A stretch of DNA of 64,000 nt from Myxococcota bacterium (GTDB lineage: Bacteria; Myxococcota_A; SURF-8). Both the position numbers and the translations under genes were made by a program. Below, one piece after another: positions 20,525-29,266 of the stretch (position 1 is the first letter of the stretch; every line of letters starts with the position of its first letter). A model generated the notes under the pieces. That model did not search any database and was not told the origin of the DNA. It saw nothing but the letters and a program-made list of their open reading frames with translations. The stretch is from the NCBI GenBank assembly GCA_965140415.1, contig OZ223209.1, positions 384,001 through 448,000 on the forward strand. Direction: 5' to 3'.

Positions 20525-23500
20525 TTATTCAGGACAGCTACGAGGCGTATCGCCTTCCGTTGCTTCCGTCGTACACGAATACTGGCTGTAGGTGCTCGAC
20601 CAGCCGCACAGCGGATAGTCGCCCTCGCAGGTGAATTCATGCACCAGGCCTGCCTGGCAGCGACGCAAACCGGTATCGCCAACACAGCAGCCTTCCTCTT
20701 CGGTGATGCCGTAGCATTCATCGGCTGGATTCCCTTCTACCGTCAAGGTGAATTCCTTGCTCGTGTAGCTGCTGGGAAGTTCGCCATCAACCACCAGATG
20801 GTAGGTGCCGGTGGCCGGAGCGGTGAACTCGAATGCATCGAAGGTGGTTCCATAATACTGATCCACACCAGCCAGACAAACCATGCAGTTTTCGCCGATG
20901 TACGCACCCAGATCCAGCGAATCGTCGGTGGTATCCACGCGAACGCGGATGGTATCGCCTTCCGTCAGATCCAGTTCGAACATCAGATCTTCACCAGTGG
21001 TCACCCAACCGGTGCAGTCTTCACCGAAGTCGAAGCTGGCTTCGTTCACTTCGTGCGTGCCGGTGTAAGGCAGGTCGGCGAAAGCGCCCAGGTCCACATC
21101 CGCAGTCGGACAGGCCGGAACAGCCTGACAACTGCCACCCTGAACCGAGCGCGTCTGCATCTGCAAGGTATCCCCGGCGTTCACGTTCATTTCGAACCAG
21201 TCGGCATCGTCGGTGCCGATGTAACCCGTGGCCAGAGCGGGAATGACGATTGCATTGGCTTCGCCCATGGCGTTATTGGGTTCGGTTTCGCTGATGGCAT
21301 TGTATCCGTTGCGCACCGGAGTCTCTTCTGAAACGAGCTGGTAGTATCCGGTGGAAGTGGAGCTGTAGCCGTACACTTTAAGGTAATACGTGCCGTCTAC
21401 ATCGAAAGTGTGAGAGATCAGTGAATACAAGCCTTCACCGCCGTCGTCGTTGTAGGCGATATATTCAGCGCCGTCCGACGCCCACAGTTCCAGTTTGGTA
21501 TCCACCGTGTCATCGGTCATCGAAGTGTCGCAGTACAACCCGCTCTGACATTCGAAGTTTTCGCTGCACGCGCCGTCTTCGGGAACCGTGCCGAACTGAC
21601 CGTCATCGACGCAGCGATTGATGTCACCCTGATTGCTCAAGGTGGCGCAGGTGTAGTTTGCCGGGCAGGAATCACTGTCGCCACGAGCAGGAGCACCGAA
21701 GGTGCAGTCTTGATTGCACTTGCCTTCGTAGCAGACTTCACTGTCACATTCCAGATCCGTTTCGCACAGCGAACCGAAAGGTTTGTTCGCTTCGGCACAG
21801 GTAAAGGTCAGCGTGTAATCGCTGACGGCACCACTGTAGCCATCTACCACGATGAAGTAGCTGACTCCAGCATCGGCGTTGAACTGAATCTGCTCATCAC
21901 TCGTTCCGGTCGAACGGGTGATGCAGGTATTGGGATCGCAACTGCTGAGCAGGAAGAGATCCAGATCGGCGCTTAGCCCCGTCAGATCGACCGTGATCAA
22001 CTTGTCCGTATCCGATACGAAATTGTACAGCACTTCCGGTGCGGATTCCGTAAGCGTCGTGCAGGAATACAGGTCGTAGTTGGAACTGCCGTTGGTTTGG
22101 TTGTTGTGGGTGAAGCTGTCGTCACAGGTGGCATCGAAATCGGTGGTGCAGCAATCGACGTTCAGACGGCAGTCGTAATCATCGCAATCGGTGTTGCCGT
22201 CTTCGTCGTTATCGATGTCGTCGCCACAGTTTTCTTCGCCGCCTCCGATCAGGTCGCAGCTTCCAGCTTCTGCGTTGCATGTGGCGTTGCCGTCCACACA
22301 CTCTTCGGCAAGGCGCATGATGTCGCAGGAATCGGTGTTGTACAGATCGTTGTCCTGACAGACCTGCGGAGCCGCATCGGGTGCGCAGATATAGGTGCCG
22401 TATCCGATGTCTATACAGGTGCTATCCGGCGGACAAACGCCGCTCGTACTGCAATCGACGGTGCAGAACCAATAGTCCGAACCCGTGTACGCCACACACA
22501 CGCCGCTGTCTCCGCAGGAGTCGGTGACGTCCGGGTCGCAGGTGTCGCACTGTACGCTGCCTCCGCAGTTGTCGTCGAACTGGCAATCCACATCATCGCA
22601 ATCGGTGTTGCCGTCTTCGTCGTTGTCGAGATCGTCTCCGCACATTCCGACTTCACCACCGCCGATCAGATCGCACACACCATCAACATCATTGCATTCT
22701 TCATTGGTGGCGTCGCAGTCGGCATACAGTAACGAAATGCCGCAGGTGTCGACGGAGTAAACATCTTCCTCCGTGCAGGAGTAGCTGTCCAGAGTCGGTA
22801 CGCACCAGGAGACATCGCCGACCGAGGTGCAGTCCATGCCGTCTCCACAGGTTTCACCACCAGTGCAGTCCAGCACGCAGAACCAGTTGTCATCGTCTGT
22901 GTAGTGAATGCACTCGTAACCGGTGTCGCAGGGCTGGTAGTTTTCCGGGTCGCAGGTTTCACACTGCACTCCGCCGCCGCCGGTGCATTCCGATTCGGTA
23001 TAGGTGAACTGGTAATTGTTGATTTCGTTGTTGTTGCCGTATTCATCGACCTTGACGTAATAGGTGCCAGCCGGCAGGCAACCGACGCGGATGCGTGAGA
23101 ACAGGCCGGTATCATCGTCGTTGTAACCAATCTCGTTATCACTGGAATCATAAAGCCACATGCGCGTATCGCCGCTGGCTCCGGAGGTCTGCATTTCAAC
23201 CGTGGTCTCGGCAGTCAAGGTGAAGGTCCACCAGTCTACATCGGTAGCCGGGCAGATCGAGTGATCCTCGGATACGCCATTAACCGGTGTCGTGGCTGCG
23301 GTGGATTCGTTATCCGATTCATAGGCATCGTTTTCACAGGGAGGAACATCCTCGTCGCCGTCGATATCGCCATCGATATCGCCGTCGGTGGCGCAGTCTG
23401 CACTGTCATCGAAGTGATCGTCCGGATAGACGATGGCGCAGAAATCGTCGCAGTAGTTATCACCCTGCCAAGCACAGGGGTCCGCCGCCGCACAAGAACA

Positions 23501-24946
23501 GTTGTCGTAATAGGTGCCGCAAACATAGCTGTCGCAACTATCATAGTTGCAGGCGCAACCTTCAATGGCATCTACACACATACCCGAGTCATATCCCGCA
23601 CCCGTACAAAGCGCATTGCAGTCGCCGTTGCCGTAGCAATCCGCGTTGTCGCCGTCTACGTCGCCATCCACATCACCGTCGGTGGTGCAGTCCGCGCTGT
23701 CGTCGAAGTAATCATCCGGGTAAGCGAGGGCACAGAAGTCATCGCAGTAGTTGTCGCCTTGCCAGGAGCAGGGGTCCGCCGCCGAACAGGAGCAGTTGTC
23801 GTAGTAGGTGCCGCACACGTAAGAATCGCAGCTATCGTAGCTGCAAACACAGCTTTCGGTGGTGTCGTTGCAAATGCCGGAATCGTAGCCTGCATTGATG
23901 CAGCCCGAATTGCAATCGCCGTAACCATAGCAATCGGCGTTGTCACCGTCGACCACATCGCCATCGACCACATCGCCATCGATCACATCACCATCGATCA
24001 TGTCGCCGTCGATCATGTCGCCATCGATCATGTCGCCGTCGACATAGTCTCCATCGATGAGATCGCCATCCGGGTTGCAGGCTTCCTGGCTGAAGACCAG
24101 GGTGCAATAGCCGGGGCAGGTGGCGGTTACGCTGCCGTCTTCGTTGGTTGAAATGGTGCAGATTTCCAGAATAGGCATTTCGTCGATTTCGCAGCCTTCG
24201 ATATGAACTTCGGCATCGTCCTGACCTTCCAACACGACGGTAATGGTGAATCCACATTCGACATCCGTGTCTTCTTCGACCACGGCATACTGCGCGACCA
24301 ACTGATCGCACGCTGGCCCGGTTTCCGAAGCGATGCAGTAGGTGCCCGGGAAGTCCGCACAATCGGCACAAGGATCATCACCGTCAATCATGTCGCCATC
24401 GGGCATGTCACCATCAGGCATGTCGCCATCGGGCATATCACCATCGGGCATGTCGCCATCGGGCATGTCGCCATCGGGCATGTCACCATCGGGCATGTCA
24501 CCATCGGGCATGTCACCATCGGTCATGTCGCCATCGGGCATGTCGCCATCGGGCATGTCGCCATCGGGCATGTCGCCATCGGGCATGTCGCCATCGGGCA
24601 TGTCGCCATCGGGCATGTCACCATCGGGCATGTCGCCATCGGGCATGTCACCGTCGGGCATATCGCCATCGACCTTGTCACCGTCAACCGAGTCGCCATC
24701 GATGGTGTCACCATCCGTGGTGTCGCCGTCGACGGTGTCACCGTCTACCGTGTCACCGTCCACCGTGTCACCGTCCACCGTGTCACCATCTACCGTATCG
24801 CCGTCCGTTTGATCGGCATCGGTTTCGGTATCGCCATCAGTCGTGTCACCGTCAATGCCATCATCACTATCGCCCCCGCACCCCATCGTGCCCAGCGACA
24901 ACAGCAACACCAATAGCAACAGCATCCAAAATTGCGTGGTCCGCAT
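20525..24946 (-). CDS. Giant 1473-aa Cys/Asp-rich surface lipoprotein with DGD arrays, duplicated Cys-rich modules and PPC-like domains
   Basis: Lipobox TMGC; AAGGAGG RBS; PPC-like motifs (D.DWWTF...NDD...GTYYVKV); CxDxxDNDxDGxxDCxDxDC motif twice. Confidence 0.85.
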   Translation of the reverse strand: MRTTQFWMLLLLVLLLSLGTMGCGGDSDDGIDGDTTDGDTETDADQTDGDTVDGDTVDGDTVDGDTVDGDTVDGDTTDGDTIDGDSVDGDKVDGDMPDGDMPDGDMPDGDMPDGDMPDGDMPDGDMPDGDMPDGDMPDGDMTDGDMPDGDMPDGDMPDGDMPDGDMPDGDMPDGDMPDGDMPDGDMIDGDDPCADCADFPGTYCIASETGPACDQLVAQYAVVEEDTDVECGFTITVVLEGQDDAEVHIEGCEIDEMPILEICTISTNEDGSVTATCPGYCTLVFSQEACNPDGDLIDGDYVDGDMIDGDMIDGDMIDGDVIDGDVVDGDVVDGDNADCYGYGDCNSGCINAGYDSGICNDTTESCVCSYDSCDSYVCGTYYDNCSCSAADPCSWQGDNYCDDFCALAYPDDYFDDSADCTTDGDVDGDVDGDNADCYGNGDCNALCTGAGYDSGMCVDAIEGCACNYDSCDSYVCGTYYDNCSCAAADPCAWQGDNYCDDFCAIVYPDDHFDDSADCATDGDIDGDIDGDEDVPPCENDAYESDNESTAATTPVNGVSEDHSICPATDVDWWTFTLTAETTVEMQTSGASGDTRMWLYDSSDNEIGYNDDDTGLFSRIRVGCLPAGTYYVKVDEYGNNNEINNYQFTYTESECTGGGGVQCETCDPENYQPCDTGYECIHYTDDDNWFCVLDCTGGETCGDGMDCTSVGDVSWCVPTLDSYSCTEEDVYSVDTCGISLLYADCDATNEECNDVDGVCDLIGGGEVGMCGDDLDNDEDGNTDCDDVDCQFDDNCGGSVQCDTCDPDVTDSCGDSGVCVAYTGSDYWFCTVDCSTSGVCPPDSTCIDIGYGTYICAPDAAPQVCQDNDLYNTDSCDIMRLAEECVDGNATCNAEAGSCDLIGGGEENCGDDIDNDEDGNTDCDDYDCRLNVDCCTTDFDATCDDSFTHNNQTNGSSNYDLYSCTTLTESAPEVLYNFVSDTDKLITVDLTGLSADLDLFLLSSCDPNTCITRSTGTSDEQIQFNADAGVSYFIVVDGYSGAVSDYTLTFTCAEANKPFGSLCETDLECDSEVCYEGKCNQDCTFGAPARGDSDSCPANYTCATLSNQGDINRCVDDGQFGTVPEDGACSENFECQSGLYCDTSMTDDTVDTKLELWASDGAEYIAYNDDGGEGLYSLISHTFDVDGTYYLKVYGYSSTSTGYYQLVSEETPVRNGYNAISETEPNNAMGEANAIVIPALATGYIGTDDADWFEMNVNAGDTLQMQTRSVQGGSCQAVPACPTADVDLGAFADLPYTGTHEVNEASFDFGEDCTGWVTTGEDLMFELDLTEGDTIRVRVDTTDDSLDLGAYIGENCMVCLAGVDQYYGTTFDAFEFTAPATGTYHLVVDGELPSSYTSKEFTLTVEGNPADECYGITEEEGCCVGDTGLRRCQAGLVHEFTCEGDYPLCGWSSTYSQYSCTTEATEGDTPRSCPE
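23936..24070 (-). repeat. 15-bp tandem repeat, 9 units, encoding DGDxx
   Basis: DGDLI DGDYV DGDMI x3 DGDVI DGDVV x2 DGDNA. Confidence 0.9.
24371..24805 (-). repeat. 15-bp tandem repeat, 29 units, encoding DGDxx (17 x DGDMP)
   Basis: Plus-strand unit GGGCATGTC(G/A)CCATC counted across 24386-24670 (19 DGDMx units), flanked by DGDTV-type units. Confidence 0.95.
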
Positions 24947-25079
24947 TGGTCCCCTCCTTTACATATTCTTCTCTTGAGTTAATAGGTTCCCCATTGTCAT
25001 CCCATTTCCCACATAAGCGAACAAACCGGAAATGTCTAAACTTCCGGCTCGTTCTATCTGTAATTCATTAGACGTACTC

Positions 25080-25107
25080 ATGCTAGCACGCCGGGCGGGC
25101 ATGTCAA
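25080..25107 (-). promoter_or_regulatory. Putative sigma70-type promoter for the giant lipoprotein
   Basis: TTGACA-N16-TAGCAT with TG extended -10 on the minus strand. Confidence 0.5.
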
Positions 25108-25175
25108 GCGAATTGAATCATGAAGGACTTACACAAGGAAGTGAATGCGCAATAATAACGGTCAGATAAGGTTTG

Positions 25176-26579
25176 TCAGCGCCAAGACGAGTGCCGCTGT
25201 TCGAGTTGCTCGTCGAGCATCTTCTGAATCCGGTTACGCACTTCGTTGGAAAGACGATTCACCACTACTCGGTCGGTAGCGGCTTCTGGACCGAACTGAT
25301 TGATGAAGATCGGCTCGCCGAAAACGATGGTCCACTTCGACGGTAAAGGCAACAATCCAAACGGTCCAAGCCACGGGAATTGAGGCGTAATCGGCAAGAA
25401 CGGCAATCCCAGACTCTTTGCCAGACCACCCAGATTGGCCATAACTGGATGCGTTTCTTCCGAACCGACCACCACCATTGGAATCACTGGAGAATCGGTT
25501 ACCAGACAGAGTTTGACGAAACCTCCGCGTCCAAAGCGCTGCAAACGATAGCGATTACGGTAGGGTTTGACAACTCCCTTGATTCCCTCGGGAAATACGC
25601 AGGTCAGTTCGTCTTCCAACAACAGGCGCTGTGCATTTTCCTGACAGGCGCGCACCATGCCGAAGCGGTTGAGAATCGGTCCCAGAATCGGAGCGTAATA
25701 GAAGTAATCCTCGATCAACGGCCAGACGTTACGCTTGCATTCCCAGCGCACCGCATTGCGAATCATCAAACTGTCGAAAGGAAGAATGCCCGCATGGTTG
25801 GACACCAGCACAGCACGTCCCTGCTGCGGAATGTTCTCCGCTCCCAGTACCGTGACGCGATAGTAAAAACGATACAGGAATTGAATCAGGGGTTGAATGT
25901 GCTTGGAATATCCCGGATCGAATCCATATTCCTGACCCAATTCAAAACCTTCCGGGCGCAACAGTTTCAGCAGGTCCGGATCGCCGCCCCCGATAGCCAT
26001 CGACGGACGCATCTTGGGAGTTGCATCCTTTTTCTGAGCGACGGTTTTTTTCCTGGCTACAGCTTTTTTCGGCGCGGGAGTTTGTTTTACCTGTTTCGGT
26101 GTATCCGCTATTGCGGTTTTCGTTTTCGCAGTCTTCTTCGAAGCTGGTTTTACAGCAGCGGCAGTTTTAGAAGCGGTACCGGTTGATTTAGCGCTTTGCT
26201 TTGCTGCCTTTTTAGCGGGAGTGCTTTTTGCTGCTGCTTTCGTAGGAGCCTTTTTAGTTGTGGTTTTCTTCATTGCCGTTTTCTTTGCGGCAGCCGGTTT
26301 GGAAGCCGTTTTGCTGGCTGTCGGTTTTTTAGCCGCAGTCTTTTTGGGAGCCGCCTTCTTCGGGGTTGCCTTCTTTACCGGTTTCTTACTGGTTTTAGAA
26401 TCCCCATCCGGTTGTTTTGCAGCTTTGGCCGGTTTCGTTGGCTTTTTCTTTTTCTCGGCTTTCGACGCAGCTGGTTTCTTGGCGGATTCCTTCTTTTCGT
26501 CGCCTGCGGATTTCTTTTGAGAGCCGGTTTGACTCTCGATCTGCTGGAAGGGATCGCTACCCAATACCGATTTTGCCAT
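25176..26579 (-). CDS. Lysophospholipid/PlsC-type acyltransferase with long Lys/Ala-rich (histone H1-like) N-terminal extension
   Basis: NHAGILPFD (HX4D), VFPEG, FGRGGF, GSEE motifs; residues ~15-190 are K/A/P/T low-complexity. Confidence 0.88.
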   Translation of the reverse strand: MAKSVLGSDPFQQIESQTGSQKKSAGDEKKESAKKPAASKAEKKKKPTKPAKAAKQPDGDSKTSKKPVKKATPKKAAPKKTAAKKPTASKTASKPAAAKKTAMKKTTTKKAPTKAAAKSTPAKKAAKQSAKSTGTASKTAAAVKPASKKTAKTKTAIADTPKQVKQTPAPKKAVARKKTVAQKKDATPKMRPSMAIGGGDPDLLKLLRPEGFELGQEYGFDPGYSKHIQPLIQFLYRFYYRVTVLGAENIPQQGRAVLVSNHAGILPFDSLMIRNAVRWECKRNVWPLIEDYFYYAPILGPILNRFGMVRACQENAQRLLLEDELTCVFPEGIKGVVKPYRNRYRLQRFGRGGFVKLCLVTDSPVIPMVVVGSEETHPVMANLGGLAKSLGLPFLPITPQFPWLGPFGLLPLPSKWTIVFGEPIFINQFGPEAATDRVVVNRLSNEVRNRIQKMLDEQLEQRHSSWR

Positions 26580-26599
26580 CTGCTGCTTCTCCTTTATCT

Positions 26600-27589
26600 T
26601 CAGGCGGCTTTGTTACGGCGCGTTTGTTGCAGACTATTGAGTGCTTCGAAACAGGTATACTTAGGAACGAAACCGAATTCCAATGCGGCCTTGGTTCCAT
26701 CCGCCACCCATGGATACTTGATGTGGTTGATATACTCACTTGGAACATCGTAGAGCTTCAGATTCCACAGCAACGAACTGGTCGCGCGTAAAATCGAATC
26801 CGGCGCGGTCAGGCACTGTCCCCCGGCGCGCTGCACGGCTTCGGAATAGCGCACGACGCCTTTTCCCACGATGTTGTAAATACCCTCCACATCATTCAGA
26901 ATCACCTGTTCGTAGGCATCCATCAGATCGTTTTCATGAATGAACTGCATCATGGGATCGTAACCCAATACGCGCGGAGCGCGGGCGGAGGTCAACACGT
27001 TGCTCATGTAGTTGGAGGCGGTCGGACCCAAGGCGGTGCAATCGCGCAGGATCGCCACCTTGCATTCTTCATGGTGGCGCGCATACTGTCGCATCTGCCG
27101 TTCCAACTCGATTTTGTCGGAGATGAAACTGTCTTTGGCCTGCTCGTCCACCGGATGCTGCTCGGTCAGGAAATTCGGGTTGCCTCGTTTTGCACCATAG
27201 ACCGCCGTGGTGCTTCGTGCAACGATACGGCGTACTCTGGCTTCCGAACAGGCGTCGAGCACGTGCATGGTGCCGATGGCTTCCAGTTCGTGCGCCAGCA
27301 GGCGATTACGAGCGACGGTATACGCAACGATCAGATGTACGAAGGTGGAAACACCCTCGGATTGGAACAGGTTGATCAGCACTTGCTGAGAGGCCGGGCT
27401 GGTCAGATCGACCTTGTGGTAGATGAGCTTGGGATGCTCGATTTTCGGTTCATTGACATCTACCGCGACCACCCGCGAAATACCCGGTTGATCGAGCAAA
27501 CGTTTGAGCAGTCCGACGCCCAGGTAATTGGATGCACCGGTCATTGCCAGTACCTCACCCGTTTCTACCGCTTTTTGTGAGCTGTTCAT
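26600..27589 (-). CDS. NAD-dependent epimerase/dehydratase (extended SDR)
   Basis: TGASNYLG Rossmann motif, STTAVYGA...NP.FLTE, GYDPMMQFIHEND; start moved to ATG 27589 (GGAGGAG). Confidence 0.85.
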   Translation of the reverse strand: MNSSQKAVETGEVLAMTGASNYLGVGLLKRLLDQPGISRVVAVDVNEPKIEHPKLIYHKVDLTSPASQQVLINLFQSEGVSTFVHLIVAYTVARNRLLAHELEAIGTMHVLDACSEARVRRIVARSTTAVYGAKRGNPNFLTEQHPVDEQAKDSFISDKIELERQMRQYARHHEECKVAILRDCTALGPTASNYMSNVLTSARAPRVLGYDPMMQFIHENDLMDAYEQVILNDVEGIYNIVGKGVVRYSEAVQRAGGQCLTAPDSILRATSSLLWNLKLYDVPSEYINHIKYPWVADGTKAALEFGFVPKYTCFEALNSLQQTRRNKAA

Positions 27590-27791
27590 GCTCTCCTCCC
27601 TGTGGCGTGCGTCCTTCCAGATTTCCGGCTGCGGCTCATTCGGCAGAGTCGCTTCCCCGATTGGCGCGGAAACCAGAGCCTCTCCGTTTCCCGCAGGATG
27701 ATGAGCGAAGCGCCGCTCATCCCTGCCGAGCCCCAGGCATCGCAACCCCCACCTAAAAAACGATCTCCACATCCAGCCGCTCGGATTTTTC

Positions 27792-29228
27792 TTACTGCTG
27801 GAATAATTCGTTGGTGCAGTCGGCCACGCAGTACTTGCCCGCGAACTGCCCGTCCTCCATCTTCATGCAGGAGTAGCCGCGCGGACACATCACCGTGCCC
27901 TGGTCCACGCCGTCGTCGGTATTGACGGTGCAATCCCACTTGATCAGGCAGAAGTAACCCAGCGATACATCTTCGTCTTTCAGCTCGAAGCAGGCACCGT
28001 CCGCTCCGCATTCCTGGTTCTGGTTATTCGTGTCGGTGCAGGGGTCACAGAATTTCTGCACGCCAAAAGGATTGGAGCATTCGCCGTCTGCTTCGTGCTT
28101 GGGATTGAAGCAGCAGCCGCGCTCTTCCGGCGACAGATCGCGACCTTCAGTGGTGCACATCTGCGCCAACGCGCATTGATAGGTGCCGTCGCAGCCGATG
28201 CGTTCCACGCACTCATACTCGGTTTTACCATCGGGAATCAGACATTCGTTGTAGGCGGAGCAGTCCGCATCCACTTCACAACCCGGAATACAGGAGAAGG
28301 TGCTGACGTCGCACAGGTGTTCCAGCGGGCAATCATCCTTGCTGACACAGTCGCCTTCCAGGCATTTGCCGTTGTAACAGACCTCGCCGCCCAGACAGTC
28401 CTTGTTGATCAGGCAACCTATCTGGCAGTAGCCGTTGCGGCTATCGGAAGGATCGTCATAGCAGACCATCCCCGCCGGACAGGCGGAACCGCTGCCGCAA
28501 CCTTCGAAGCATTTTCCGGTCAAGGTGTTGCAAACCAAAGGTTCCGCGCAGTTTTCATTTGTGCAGCAATTGTCACCGACCTGACCGTTTGCGATACCGG
28601 AGGAAAAGACACACTGGTTGGTGTTCAACTCCGCAATCGGGAGGCAATCGTAATCGGTCGGGCAAGGATCGCTGGCCGAGCAGTAACGCCCGCAGACATT
28701 GCCGTATGAATCGGGCAGACAATAATCGTCGTCGTGACCGCATTCCCGGTGATTGTCGCAGGGTTCACAGGGTGCCAGGCGGCGACGGCAGATGCCGTTT
28801 TCCTCGTCGCAGTAGTCGTTCCCGTAACAATCGCCATCGTCGTAGCAATCCGGCTCGGGACCGGTGTCCTTGTCGCCGTCGACCGGTGTGATAACTACCC
28901 CGCCGTTGTCGCCGTCAGCCTGATCGCCATCCGCCGCATCCGTGTCGCCATCGTTGGAATTATCGCCGTCGGTAGAGTTGAGCACGCAGGTATGATTGCC
29001 GAGATTGCAGATCTCTCCTAGCTGACAATCTTGATCGGTTTTGCAGGCCACGGCCTCGCATTGTCCGTTCGAGCAGATCCTCTTGTCACCGCAGTCGTCG
29101 TCCGTGGTGCAGGATGTATCGTTATTGCCCTCGTCTTCATCCGATCCGCAACCGGCGGCGAATGCAACCAATAGTGATAAAACCAACATTAAGAGAAGAG
29201 CGCCGTTGCTTCGATCCAAGCGTGTCAT
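27792..29228 (-). CDS. Cys-rich lipoprotein (CxxDxDC...C repeats) with DGD linker
   Basis: Lipobox AAGC; many C..D.DC..G..C..G.C units; AAGGAGG RBS before ATG 29228. Confidence 0.8.
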   Translation of the reverse strand: MTRLDRSNGALLLMLVLSLLVAFAAGCGSDEDEGNNDTSCTTDDDCGDKRICSNGQCEAVACKTDQDCQLGEICNLGNHTCVLNSTDGDNSNDGDTDAADGDQADGDNGGVVITPVDGDKDTGPEPDCYDDGDCYGNDYCDEENGICRRRLAPCEPCDNHRECGHDDDYCLPDSYGNVCGRYCSASDPCPTDYDCLPIAELNTNQCVFSSGIANGQVGDNCCTNENCAEPLVCNTLTGKCFEGCGSGSACPAGMVCYDDPSDSRNGYCQIGCLINKDCLGGEVCYNGKCLEGDCVSKDDCPLEHLCDVSTFSCIPGCEVDADCSAYNECLIPDGKTEYECVERIGCDGTYQCALAQMCTTEGRDLSPEERGCCFNPKHEADGECSNPFGVQKFCDPCTDTNNQNQECGADGACFELKDEDVSLGYFCLIKWDCTVNTDDGVDQGTVMCPRGYSCMKMEDGQFAGKYCVADCTNELFQQ

Positions 29229-29266
29229 CAGATCCTCCTTATTACTTCCCACGAAGAAGCAAATGG

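Noticed and set aside
24371-24805. Regular short repeats as a possible CRISPR array
   Set aside because: Units are contiguous 15-mers with no unique spacers, vary mostly at synonymous positions within a long ORF, and no cas genes are present
24203-24916. Plus-strand ORFs with (HVAIG)n and (SPSGM)n repeats
   Set aside because: Antisense shadows of the DGDMP array; the minus-strand frame has the RBS, lipobox and continuous 1473-aa ORF
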